A stretch of 59,927 nucleotides of DNA. Origin: a virus. Taxonomy: Duplodnaviria > Caudoviricetes. A model generated the notes under the pieces. It did no database searches. It was not told the origin of the DNA and was given only the letters and a program-made list of their open reading frames with translations. Below are positions 45,511 through 54,673 of this stretch, in pieces (positions within the stretch are counted from its first letter, which is position 1; each line of letters starts with the position of its first letter). Location: the IMG/VR virus record IMGVR_UViG_3300032330_000885, positions 1 to 59,927 of that record, one strand, 5' to 3'. A program made the translations under genes and the position numbers.

Positions 45511-47352
45511 TTAATCCTTTTTTGGGCCAGGTAGTTTTTTCAATGTATCAATTGTCTTAGCGCGAGTTTTCTTGACGAAGGCATCAAGAATTTTATGCCC
45601 CACATCAAGATCGCCTTTGCCAATAGCAGCGACCTGCTTTGGAGTGATAACATATTCGCCGCCTGCGGCAACAATTGGGACCAAATCATATGTGATTCCA
45701 CCGCCCCCGGCCTTGGATGGCTCTTCTGCACCATAAGGGTCTGGACCCTGCTCATAAGGCTCAGGTGATGCTTGATTGTAGGGAGATGGGCCTTGTGCGT
45801 ATGGCTCAGGAGAAGCCTGCTCGTAAGGTTCACTGCCGAATACACGCTTGGCCTGACGGAATCCGGCCATCGTGTTGCCTTCGCCCATAGCCGAAATGAT
45901 GTCCGCAGGGATGACATAGCTTCCTGATTTTACATGCATTGGCAAATGATCTGTACGACCCGCCACTTGGCTATGGATCGGGCCAGCATGAGGCATAATT
46001 GCGCCTTCAACCGTTGTGGTTGTTGTGGTGCCACCTCTAGCCATTGGTGCGGCTGGTGCTGCGGGAGATTGAGGCGTACCAAAATCAGGCATTGTTGGTG
46101 TAAATTGTGGAACGCTCATTTGAGGTTGAGGCGTACCAAAATCAGGCATGGCAGATTGAGGCGAGCTATATTGAGAAAAATCAACGCCTCCAAATCCTGA
46201 TTGCGGCCCTTGTGCCATTTGGAACTGCCCAGCACCAAACGCGCTTTGCCCTGCGCCAAAATCTTGATAATTTGACGGGTCGAATTCAATGTATGGGGTT
46301 GGGTCCGTACCTACAGGTGTGTATTGATATACGGGTTCTTGCGGGGCATTTGCAATGTCCTCAACCGCAGGTGTAGCACCGCTCCCACTAGCAATACTAT
46401 CACTGCCACCACCGCCATCACTGCCCCCACCGCCATCTTCGTAGTGTTTACGGTGAAGAATTTTGCCGCCATCTTCGTAGTGTTTACGCGAACGGCGCAG
46501 GGCTTCAATGATTGCGCCGCCATCGGCGTAGTTTTCGGTGTCAGCTATGCGCTTTTTATAAATATCGGCATTACGGGCAAAATCCAACGCGGATTCCGTG
46601 CCACCTTCGCCTGTGCGCTGAATGACAGAATCGCTCCTGTAATTAGCAAGGCGATCTTTGTCGTAATTAGGGGAAAACAATTTGCTAAAAAACCCGCCGC
46701 TAGTATCGCTCTGCGCCGCTGGTGCTGCACTAGATGCCGCAGAACGCGCTACAGGGGTAGGAACACGGGCTTGGGTTTGCTGCCCCTGCGTTGGCATTGG
46801 AGATATAGCATCGGGAGAAAGGGTTAGATCGCCATAATTAGGAGCATAATCATGAGGTTTTTCGTAATCCAAAACATTTGCTGGCATACCTCTTAAAGAA
46901 GGAGTTCCAATAGGAGGTTCATTTTGAGTTGCTGTTCCTCTGTAGCTTTCGGCTACAGATTTATCCACAGGCATAGCACCAACTACACCTGCCGCAACAG
47001 GTGGTTGTTCAGTTTTCTGATTAGGCAACAAAATTTGTTTAATTTTGTCTTTAATGCTTGGTTCATTTGCGGCTGGAGAATTAAACTGAGCATGATAGCC
47101 TATGTATCGCTGATACTGGGCATCACCTGCTGGACCAGCTTCAAACCGCGAACGTGGAAACTTAAACTTCTGTTGCGCCATGCCATAGATCAAGTCATCC
47201 TCGGCAGGGACGACGCGTTCCCCGCCAGCATGCCCCTGACGCGCCTTATTAAGAGCCGCAGCAACTGCCTGTGACTGAGGGTGGCCAGCACGAACCATCT
47301 CGGAAATGTTACCGGAAATGGTTGCTTGAGATTTTCCTGATTTCAGCGGCAT
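45511..47352 (-). CDS. Modular virion protein with xxGG motifs and a duplicated C-terminal G(S/E)YVI module
   Basis: [18 protein letters not shown]...[12 protein letters not shown]-terminus; GRTDHLP...GSYVIPAD and [11 protein letters not shown]. Confidence 0.75.
   Translation of the reverse strand: MPLKSGKSQATISGNISEMVRAGHPQSQAVAAALNKARQGHAGGERVVPAEDDLIYGMAQQKFKFPRSRFEAGPAGDAQYQRYIGYHAQFNSPAANEPSIKDKIKQILLPNQKTEQPPVAAGVVGAMPVDKSVAESYRGTATQNEPPIGTPSLRGMPANVLDYEKPHDYAPNYGDLTLSPDAISPMPTQGQQTQARVPTPVARSAASSAAPAAQSDTSGGFFSKLFSPNYDKDRLANYRSDSVIQRTGEGGTESALDFARNADIYKKRIADTENYADGGAIIEALRRSRKHYEDGGKILHRKHYEDGGGGSDGGGGSDSIASGSGATPAVEDIANAPQEPVYQYTPVGTDPTPYIEFDPSNYQDFGAGQSAFGAGQFQMAQGPQSGFGGVDFSQYSSPQSAMPDFGTPQPQMSVPQFTPTMPDFGTPQSPAAPAAPMARGGTTTTTTVEGAIMPHAGPIHSQVAGRTDHLPMHVKSGSYVIPADIISAMGEGNTMAGFRQAKRVFGSEPYEQASPEPYAQGPSPYNQASPEPYEQGPDPYGAEEPSKAGGGGITYDLVPIVAAGGEYVITPKQVAAIGKGDLDVGHKILDAFVKKTRAKTIDTLKKLPGPKKD
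46430..46488. repeat. Exact 23-bp direct repeat encoding RKHYEDGG twice
   Basis: ccgccatcttcgtagtgtttacg at 46430-46452 and 46466-46488. Confidence 0.85.
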
Positions 47353-47362
47353 AGCGTCCTCG

Positions 47363-47782
47363 TCAATTTGGTGTGTAGCCAACGCAGAAGTTCATTCCAG
47401 CATCAGTTTTTAGTACAATGCCTCTAGTATATGGCAACCGAACGTCTTGGTATGGCGTAAATGATGCGGCATTGGATGGCAGGGACGCATAGATCAGGTT
47501 TGTTGCCGCTATGCCACCAGTTGTCGCAGAGTCATAAATATATACCTGAGCAGACCCTGCATGGACAGGAATGGACACGCTAAACACTTTTCCTGTTCCA
47601 GCCACTACTAATGTGGTGGTGGACGCCGCAATGGTCGCACTTACAGTCGATGGATAGGTATTACCTGCGCTACCAGCAATGATAACGAGGTTATCTGAAA
47701 TGGTCTGCAACAGCCCACGCAGGCCGTTAATGGCAACAACGCCGTTTTTCTGCGTAGTGAGGATGTCGTCAAGCGATGCCAT
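47363..47782 (-). CDS. Tail-associated protein
   Basis: [19 protein letters not shown]; follows the nozzle gene. Confidence 0.7.
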   Translation of the reverse strand: MASLDDILTTQKNGVVAINGLRGLLQTISDNLVIIAGSAGNTYPSTVSATIAASTTTLVVAGTGKVFSVSIPVHAGSAQVYIYDSATTGGIAATNLIYASLPSNAASFTPYQDVRLPYTRGIVLKTDAGMNFCVGYTPN

Positions 47783-47784
47783 CG

Positions 47785-50067
47785 TCAGTACTTCCCATCT
47801 TCCTGCACACGATACCGAGTATTACCAATGCGCCACCAAGAACCGATGTCGTTGCTCTCAACCCGAATGGACACCAACCTACCACGGAAACGCGGTGTGA
47901 TATAGGTGGTTGCTTGTGTCAGCGTATACGGGCCGTATGCAGTCGGTGTTTGTCCGGCATAGTCGGTTACATAAAATGTCAACAACACGTTGGCACTTTG
48001 CGTTCCGCCATAGTAACCCCACTTCATGTCGGGCCAAACTTGGTCAACAAACATTTTGACATTGGCTTCGGTCAAAGCAAAGTAGCCCGTCTGGAAGTAC
48101 GATGTCATAGGTTGGCCATCAGCATCTGGGCTTGTTTCATGCTGATAGATGTATGTCGTTACAGGGTCAGCCCCCATAGGCGGCCCAAGCACTGATTCGT
48201 TAATCCATGCCGTGCGGCCTAGTGTGCCGTAGTCCCACTGGTTCAATATGAAGTTGTATTTAACATAGTGGCTAACTTCACCATTGTTGCCAGCCGTTGG
48301 GTAATACCACGAGATTTCCCCAAACCGTGAGTTTGGCGCAACGCGGATTTTATCAACTTGTGTGGTGTCTAAGTCTTGAAAAGCTACATCCCACACGGGG
48401 CACTGAATAGGTTCAACGCCGCTACCTGCAAGGCGGTAGAACTGGCTCTGGCCCATCCAATAGACAACGCCGTTAACCGAGCTTGCTGCCCTGCGACCGA
48501 TCAAGCCACAGCCGTTACCAAGTTCGTTAAACTGATAAACATAGGGCGGTCCTGCATATTGCATCGCCCATAGACCAAGGTCAGTCCAAACAAGCCCCTG
48601 CTGTGGCCCTTGAATGCATTGGACAATCTTGGACCCTTTGGGAATGCGGTAACTGCCAGCTTGGTTGACTAATGTGGGAATCCAGTCGTTGTAATTATTA
48701 ACATCACACCAGCGGATTAAAAGAGGGTCGCCGATGCCTGTGTTTGTGCTGCCCCAAGTTACAATTTGCCGTTGTGGCATGGCAACAAAGCATCCGGCAT
48801 TAACAGGAGGCGCATTGGCAATGACATTTGCTAGAATGCTGCCCGAACTTGGGTTCCACTGATAAATTGGCCCGTTCAACGGATTGGCAATAAGAACTTG
48901 CCCCCAATTATCAAGGCACCAGTCTATTGCATTGATGGGTGTCCCTGTGATGGAAGCGTTTGTTGCAGTTGTCCCTGTGCCATATCCGCCGACACCGTAG
49001 CCCGCCGCACCATAACCGCCTGAGCCATAAGTGGACCCGATCCCACGGTAAAACACATAATGCAACAGACCGCTATTTTCAGAAACTGTCGCTGCTGATG
49101 TGGCAAGAATAGATGCCTGAATGGTAAACGTATTTGCGGTTGGCACTGTTAGAATTGTATAATTTCCGTAAATTGTCACACCGCCCACGGCAGTAGCAAC
49201 CAAAGCCGCAAACGTATCACCCACACCATATGTGTGGTTATTCAGGGTGACTGTTACCGAGCTATTATCGACTATTGTCGTGTAACTAGGAACTGCGCCG
49301 CCTGTTACAGACGATGTTGCAAGATTAGGGTCTCCGGCATAATCAAATGAGTAAATGTAAAAATCATTGGTTAAATTGGCATAGCATTGGTAAAGGCCAA
49401 ACAGCACAATACCGCCAACGCTAACTTGAGTTTGAATGTCAAAAGCATCAATGTTTTGTGCGTTGCTACCTGCCAAAGTGATCTTAACAGCATTAGAGCC
49501 AGTCACAGTTGTAAAGCTAACGGCCACATTTCCTGTTAATGCTTGCGGCGTGATGTCTGTAATGCCACCATTTGTGGCAATCGTTAAAGAGCCGCCGCCA
49601 CCTTCAATAGTGCCCCCAGAGACAAAGGCAGATGTCGTTGCGCTTAAAAAAGAAACAGAACTATTGGTGCTATTAGTAACTGCATAAGTTCCATTATAGG
49701 CACTTGGGTTCATCCCGCTGACAACGATGTGATAGCCAGGCACAAACGTAAATGGGCCTGTGTATGTCAAAGTAGCCTTGGTGCCGTTGCCGGATGCACC
49801 TGTAACGACAATGGGTGCCTTGCCTTCTGCGCCAATTGCTAGGTATGAATTTGCGTTGGTATCTTCCCACGCCCACAAATTTCGGACTACGGAACCAGCT
49901 TTTGCCTGTATGTATTTTGTCCAGCCGCCGAGCTTTTGTACCAAGCCGCCCAATGTGCGGTCTGGCATAAACCGGACCAATTGGCTTTCGGAAATGGCAG
50001 CTTCATTAAGCGCGGGTGTCTTGGTGGTATCGACCCCAGGAATAACTTTAAATGATGCATGAGGCAT
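47785..50067 (-). CDS. Tail nozzle / DNA stabilisation protein (P22 gp10-like)
   Basis: Beta-propeller-like; DPLLIRWCD, GCGLI, VYWM, EISWYYP and RFRGR motifs. Confidence 0.75.
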   Translation of the reverse strand: MPHASFKVIPGVDTTKTPALNEAAISESQLVRFMPDRTLGGLVQKLGGWTKYIQAKAGSVVRNLWAWEDTNANSYLAIGAEGKAPIVVTGASGNGTKATLTYTGPFTFVPGYHIVVSGMNPSAYNGTYAVTNSTNSSVSFLSATTSAFVSGGTIEGGGGSLTIATNGGITDITPQALTGNVAVSFTTVTGSNAVKITLAGSNAQNIDAFDIQTQVSVGGIVLFGLYQCYANLTNDFYIYSFDYAGDPNLATSSVTGGAVPSYTTIVDNSSVTVTLNNHTYGVGDTFAALVATAVGGVTIYGNYTILTVPTANTFTIQASILATSAATVSENSGLLHYVFYRGIGSTYGSGGYGAAGYGVGGYGTGTTATNASITGTPINAIDWCLDNWGQVLIANPLNGPIYQWNPSSGSILANVIANAPPVNAGCFVAMPQRQIVTWGSTNTGIGDPLLIRWCDVNNYNDWIPTLVNQAGSYRIPKGSKIVQCIQGPQQGLVWTDLGLWAMQYAGPPYVYQFNELGNGCGLIGRRAASSVNGVVYWMGQSQFYRLAGSGVEPIQCPVWDVAFQDLDTTQVDKIRVAPNSRFGEISWYYPTAGNNGEVSHYVKYNFILNQWDYGTLGRTAWINESVLGPPMGADPVTTYIYQHETSPDADGQPMTSYFQTGYFALTEANVKMFVDQVWPDMKWGYYGGTQSANVLLTFYVTDYAGQTPTAYGPYTLTQATTYITPRFRGRLVSIRVESNDIGSWWRIGNTRYRVQEDGKY

Positions 50068-50070
50068 GTT

Positions 50071-50823
50071 TTAGCCTCTCGATGGCGTTGCAGAAGCCGC
50101 AATTGACTGTGACGACCATGCTGCGGATTCAAACTTCTTACGGTTTTCTTCGGACATGGCCGACTTGATCAAAGCCTGATACTGGCCTTCATACGATTGT
50201 GCCATCTGCGGATCGTCGTTCATACGACCAAAGTTGCGTTGGTAGGCCGAAATGTAGACCATTGATGCCATAATCAGCGTTTCCGGCAAGTAGGTGCTGA
50301 TGAATGTCGTACCCGTCACGCCGTTCCATGTACTAGTGGCTGACAAACTGTTTGGACGATAGGTGCCGACAACTTCGACGTAATAAGCCGCATCAGGAAA
50401 CGGGCCTACCAGAAACAAGTTGTCATTAAACGGCACGAAATACTGCGGCACACCTGTATAGGTCGAGGCACCATAAACGGCATCCAGAAATTCTTTTGTA
50501 GTAGGCAGCAGGGGAGTGCGTGTTCCCAAGTCGGGGTCGCTCGTGCCGAGAGGCGTGATGACATTGATCTGCTCGCTTACGACAAAGTTGCCGGAACCAT
50601 CTGCCAGATTGTACGGGATCGTCAATTGCCGATTGCCAGCCGCAAACTGGTAACCTGTAACCGATGTTGAAGTGAACATGAAGTCCAGATCGCGGTAAAT
50701 GCGGTTTTCGGCGTAGGTCAACATCTGCGGAAGTATAATAACGAATGCAGGGTCTGTTTCCTCAACGACAGCCATAGTGGCAATCTGAGTTTTATATGTC
50801 GTGTAAGTCAGCCCAGTGGTCAT
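50071..50823 (-). CDS. Tail tubular/adaptor protein
   Basis: AENRIYRDL, GP.PD..Y.VE and TFIS.Y.P..L motifs. Confidence 0.7.
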   Translation of the reverse strand: MTTGLTYTTYKTQIATMAVVEETDPAFVIILPQMLTYAENRIYRDLDFMFTSTSVTGYQFAAGNRQLTIPYNLADGSGNFVVSEQINVITPLGTSDPDLGTRTPLLPTTKEFLDAVYGASTYTGVPQYFVPFNDNLFLVGPFPDAAYYVEVVGTYRPNSLSATSTWNGVTGTTFISTYLPETLIMASMVYISAYQRNFGRMNDDPQMAQSYEGQYQALIKSAMSEENRKKFESAAWSSQSIAASATPSRG

Positions 50824-50855
50824 TGGAAAACTCCATTATTGGCGCATTGTAACAC

Positions 50856-51053
50856 TTATCGCGCCCCATTGCACCACCCATCTCGGCGAGCGTTATTAAC
50901 CTTGATGTCCTTGATGGTCTGGTCGGTGTCTTTGGTTGACCAAGAAATATCGCCCCACACTTCACAGACGGCACCGTTAGTCGCGCTGGTGCTTGTCACG
51001 CTCGCGCAACTTGGCAGGATCGTCAGCAACACTATCGCCAGCATGTATTGCAT
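50856..51053 (-). CDS. o-spanin (Rz1-like) lipoprotein
   Basis: Hydrophobic leader with LPSC lipobox; overlaps the i-spanin in another frame. Confidence 0.65.
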   Translation of the reverse strand: MQYMLAIVLLTILPSCASVTSTSATNGAVCEVWGDISWSTKDTDQTIKDIKVNNARRDGWCNGAR

Positions 51054-51207
51054 TTTGCGTCCTCCTCAGAACGTCTGCCTGCGCTGCGGCCTCAACCTCG
51101 GCTATGGCATCTGCGCGTATTTTATAATAGACGCCGCTTAGTGTGATTACAACAACCACGGAAATAGCAACATACCGACCAATTGGTGTAAGCAGGAACG
51201 CGATCAT
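50977..51207 (-). CDS. i-spanin (Rz-like)
   Basis: N-terminal TM helix followed by an Ala-rich helix; follows the endolysin. Confidence 0.65.
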   Translation of the reverse strand: MIAFLLTPIGRYVAISVVVVITLSGVYYKIRADAIAEVEAAAQADVLRRTQNAIHAGDSVADDPAKLRERDKHQRD

Positions 51208-51935
51208 TGTCCTGTGGCATCCATGTGTTGTTTGCGCCAATACCAGATTGCACAGCCGAGACCAACAAGACCTACCATCAGCAGGAAGTTCTGGTTGTGC
51301 AGGAGGCCAGTAATTGTGCCCATCAGGTCGGACGCATCCTGCACTTGCGCCGTGACTTCTTTGGCAGCACTCAAGCCGCCAATAGCGGTCGTGGCAAGGG
51401 CTGCGTTGCCCTGCTTGCTGTCCAACATAGTCTTGGCAGGCGGCGCGTCTGGCTCGGCACGGTGGTCTGGTTCTTCAACTGAGTGGGTTTCAACCTTTGA
51501 CCATAATGCAATTTCAGCCTGACGACGACGAACGAGGCCAGGCAATTCTTTGCCGCCACCTTTGGTCCATTTCATCAATTCGGCGGGAACGGCATCAAAG
51601 TCGCTAGCATTGATCTTCTTCAGCAGGGTGGATTTCTGCAAGGCACCGAGGCCAGCGTTATAGGCAAAATCCACCAGAACGTCGAACTGGTGCTGGCTTA
51701 GGGATACCTTGACGCATGCCAACACGCCCCGTTCAAATGAATACAGGTCTTTGGCCAAAATGTTTTCGGCCTCATTCTGCGTGATTACCAAACCTTCCGT
51801 GACCTCTGGATTGCCAGCGGCAGATGTGTGCCCGTAGCCGATTGTCCAGATACCTGCTGGGCATTTGTATGCTTTCAGCTTGCATCCTTCAAACTTTTGG
51901 AGCAGATCGCGCCTGCTTTCGGTAGACATTTTCAT
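51204..51935 (-). CDS. GH24 lysozyme (endolysin) with hydrophobic C-terminal extension
   Basis: FEG.KL.AYKCPAGIWTIGYGHT, FAYN.G and GLVRRR..E motifs. Confidence 0.92.
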   Translation of the reverse strand: MKMSTESRRDLLQKFEGCKLKAYKCPAGIWTIGYGHTSAAGNPEVTEGLVITQNEAENILAKDLYSFERGVLACVKVSLSQHQFDVLVDFAYNAGLGALQKSTLLKKINASDFDAVPAELMKWTKGGGKELPGLVRRRQAEIALWSKVETHSVEEPDHRAEPDAPPAKTMLDSKQGNAALATTAIGGLSAAKEVTAQVQDASDLMGTITGLLHNQNFLLMVGLVGLGCAIWYWRKQHMDATGQ

Positions 51936-52222
51936 GGCTTGATCCTTTCAAGTTGGGCTTCAAGCAGCCGAACGCGCACACGCAGATCGTTCACATCTTT
52001 GTAAATTTCATCACGCAATTTGTATCGAGCATCTGCGCTAAGAGGACTATCGGTCGGCACACCCTGCGGCGTGATCAGCAGGGGCATTTTACCCTTAATG
52101 TCCTGTACATCCATGTGGAGACCGTTGATGCCAGAAATCAACCATGTGATTGCGGCAACAATGACAGGGAACGCCATACTGGCAATTTTGGTAATGTCAA
52201 AACCTTGAGGGTGGTCGCTCAT
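51932..52222 (-). CDS. Single-TM lysis-module protein (holin/antiholin-like)
   Basis: TM helix plus coiled coil; upstream of the endolysin. Confidence 0.55.
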   Translation of the reverse strand: MSDHPQGFDITKIASMAFPVIVAAITWLISGINGLHMDVQDIKGKMPLLITPQGVPTDSPLSADARYKLRDEIYKDVNDLRVRVRLLEAQLERIKP

Positions 52223-52440
52223 TTGTCGGCCTTGTTATCCAGTTTGTCAAAAATCTTGCTCAGGATCTCTTTAAGCTCTTTGATGTCTGTACGGTAATCA
52301 TCTTTTGCGACAAACGTGCGATGAGCCTCGTCAACCCTGTCCTCAAGCCGTTGGATTTTGCGCGTCATTTCATTCAACACCCATAATGCCAAGCCCCCAC
52401 CGCAAGAGACGGCAATGTTGAATATGACTTGCGTATCCAC
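52219..52440 (-). CDS. Single-TM holin-like protein
   Basis: TM helix then FVAKDDY...IFDKLDNKADK; GAGG RBS with GTG start. Confidence 0.6.
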   Translation of the reverse strand: MDTQVIFNIAVSCGGGLALWVLNEMTRKIQRLEDRVDEAHRTFVAKDDYRTDIKELKEILSKIFDKLDNKADK

Positions 52441-52441
52441 C

Positions 52442-52600
52442 TCAGTCCTCGTCGGGTACGGTTGGCTTTGGAGAAAGTTGCGATTCAGCCTGCGCTTTGA
52501 CCTTAGTAATCAAGTCAGCCACTTCAACAAAGGGCCGTGCGCCCAGAGCAGCAAGGACGTAGTTAGCTTCTTCAACAGTCAAAGTGATAGAAACGTTCAT
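52442..52600 (-). CDS. Small conserved tail-module protein (52 aa)
   Basis: MNVSITLTVEEANYVLAALGARPFVEVADLITKVKAQAESQL; TAATG coupling; not in the ORF track. Confidence 0.75.
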   Translation of the reverse strand: MNVSITLTVEEANYVLAALGARPFVEVADLITKVKAQAESQLSPKPTVPDED

Positions 52601-53523
52601 TATTTAGCCTCCAGTTGTGATAGACGAGCTTCAAGTGCATCATTCTTTGCGGATAGTTCTTGGATGGCGGCAACGAGGTGTACGACAATTTTGCTGTAGT
52701 CTACACCTTGTGGTTTAATGGAGCCATCTTCGTTGATGGCATCTTTTTCGCCTACGACAGCATGGGGGACAACCTCTGCAAGTTCATGAGCAATAAAACC
52801 CTCGCCTTTTTCATCAACACCAATCCAATCATATGTGACGGGCTTTAACGCGCTGACCGTCGCCAAGCCAGTTGTGATTGGTGCAACATTTTCTTTAAGA
52901 CGGTAATCAGATGTTGCTACATACGAAATTGTTGATGACCCAGTTTGCGAAATATACCCTGCCGTACCACCAGCGGAATTTGAAAATACGACAAAATTGC
53001 CAGAATTACTTGCGTAGGTATTAGTTAAGCACAGGCCAACTTGTGATGCCCCTGTAAAATTTGCTGCAATTATGCCGTTATAATTAGCTGTTGTTGCATT
53101 TACACACAGATAACCTCCGGATGTGATACGCATACGTTCGGTACTGCTAGTATATAGAATGGTCGGGGCAGTTGAACTGTCGTTCCAAATAACGCGGGAA
53201 TACGCAGTTCCTGAACCAAAGTTTGTCCCTGCGGAGTTATCAATACCGAACTGGTAAGAGCCGCCAGAATTGTTGCACTGAAGTTTTGCGTAATTTGTCC
53301 CAGTGTTGGAAGTTGCCGAAATGGACCCTGTTGTTGCCCGAACATCCAATGTATAGCCGGGCGTAGTCGTCCCAATCCCTACGTTGCCGCCAAATGACGT
53401 GTTTCCCGTTCCAGAAACAGTCAGGTTGTTCCCAACCGTCACGTTGCCGCTAGCATCCAATGTAAGGTTGCTGGTGGCTGACGCGGAATCTTTTACAATT
53501 GAAGCCTGAAGTGTACCTGACAT
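52600..53523 (-). CDS. Tail fibre with C-terminal intramolecular chaperone (S74)
   Basis: GNVGIGTTTP, ERMRITSGG and SDYRLKEN...GFIAHEL...P.AV...VDYSK motifs. Confidence 0.88.
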   Translation of the reverse strand: MSGTLQASIVKDSASATSNLTLDASGNVTVGNNLTVSGTGNTSFGGNVGIGTTTPGYTLDVRATTGSISATSNTGTNYAKLQCNNSGGSYQFGIDNSAGTNFGSGTAYSRVIWNDSSTAPTILYTSSTERMRITSGGYLCVNATTANYNGIIAANFTGASQVGLCLTNTYASNSGNFVVFSNSAGGTAGYISQTGSSTISYVATSDYRLKENVAPITTGLATVSALKPVTYDWIGVDEKGEGFIAHELAEVVPHAVVGEKDAINEDGSIKPQGVDYSKIVVHLVAAIQELSAKNDALEARLSQLEAK

Positions 53524-53525
53524 GA

Positions 53526-54440
53526 TTATGCTCCGACCTTGGCTTTAAGGGCTTCAACTTCTGCGGATAGTTCTTTAATGGCGGCAACGAGAAGTGGAAT
53601 GACATCCGTATATTGAACGCCAAGTTTGTCTGGGTCGCTTGCATCAACCGCTTCTGGCAGTACTGCTTGAACATCCTGTGCAATCAAGAACGAACGGCTT
53701 TTGCCTTCTTCGTCTGTTTTAAACCGCCCAGTGACAGCGCGGAGTGTTGACACTTTTGATGTAGCATTTTCAATAGGAACAAGGTCGGTTTTTACCCGTT
53801 CATCCGATGAAGCAGTCCACGCATTATTTCCATATCCTAAGTACATGCCCACAAGGGCATCATTGTATACGATAAAGTTTCCGTTTGCATCTGGCCCGTT
53901 TGACCACTTTTTTGTTGATGCACTTGTGTTTACAAATGATACAACGCCAACACTAACGCCAGAAGACCCGCTGATGCCAACCCTTGTTGCAGCTATCGGC
54001 AAAGTTGTCGTCCCAACCAGCAGATTGCCGCCGTTGGGTTGAATGGCTAGATCATAATTGGTCGCAAGGTTTGCACTATCCGTTGCCTGTATCCAATTAT
54101 AGGTTCCTCCGTTGGTCCCAAAATCCAAAACCGATGTAAAAGTGGTTCCTTTTAGACGAAGCAACCCATATGTCTGCGTTGTGCCGGATGTTTGTGGTAC
54201 ACCGCCAGTTTGTGCGCCTTGTATAACAGTCTTGACCCCGTTAAAAGTGCTTGTTCCAATCCCCACATTCTGCGAGGCGTCAATATACATTGCATTTGTA
54301 CCATTGGTGGAAAGACCAAGAGTTGTGCTGGTTGGGTAATAGATGCCCGTGGTGCTGCTGGTGGTGTTAGTTTCGGCAGGAGCAGACGCCGAGCCAAGGG
54401 GGACCGCTATCCCGTTTGTGCCTGAAATTGTTACGGCCAT
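53526..54440 (-). CDS. Tail fibre with C-terminal intramolecular chaperone (S74)
   Basis: NVGIGT and SDERVK...IAQDVQ.VLPEAV...Y..VIPLLV motifs. Confidence 0.88.
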   Translation of the reverse strand: MAVTISGTNGIAVPLGSASAPAETNTTSSTTGIYYPTSTTLGLSTNGTNAMYIDASQNVGIGTSTFNGVKTVIQGAQTGGVPQTSGTTQTYGLLRLKGTTFTSVLDFGTNGGTYNWIQATDSANLATNYDLAIQPNGGNLLVGTTTLPIAATRVGISGSSGVSVGVVSFVNTSASTKKWSNGPDANGNFIVYNDALVGMYLGYGNNAWTASSDERVKTDLVPIENATSKVSTLRAVTGRFKTDEEGKSRSFLIAQDVQAVLPEAVDASDPDKLGVQYTDVIPLLVAAIKELSAEVEALKAKVGA

Positions 54441-54442
54441 GA

Positions 54443-54661
54443 TTAAGTCCCCGAGGTGGAAGCGAGAAGGTAATAAGTCGTCCCATTAATATTAATGGCT
54501 AACTTGTTTGTTACCGTATTGGTTGTTGATGCGCTTACTGCGGTCGTCGCAATGATTGTTGCAGCGTCAACCGTTGGGAGCGTTAAAGTGTTATTACCAG
54601 CCGCAGCATTTGACTGGATTGTGGTGTAGCCGGATGTCGATCCGTTTAATTTGATTGGAAT
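54443..54661 (-). CDS. Short fibre adaptor-like protein with an apparent ATT start
   Basis: AGGAGG-N5-ATT; (M)PIKLNGSTSGYTTIQSNAAAGNNTLTLP...; 72 aa filling the gap between two genes. Confidence 0.6.
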   Translation of the reverse strand: MPIKLNGSTSGYTTIQSNAAAGNNTLTLPTVDAATIIATTAVSASTTNTVTNKLAININGTTYYLLASTSGT

Positions 54662-54673
54662 GGTAGCCTCCTA

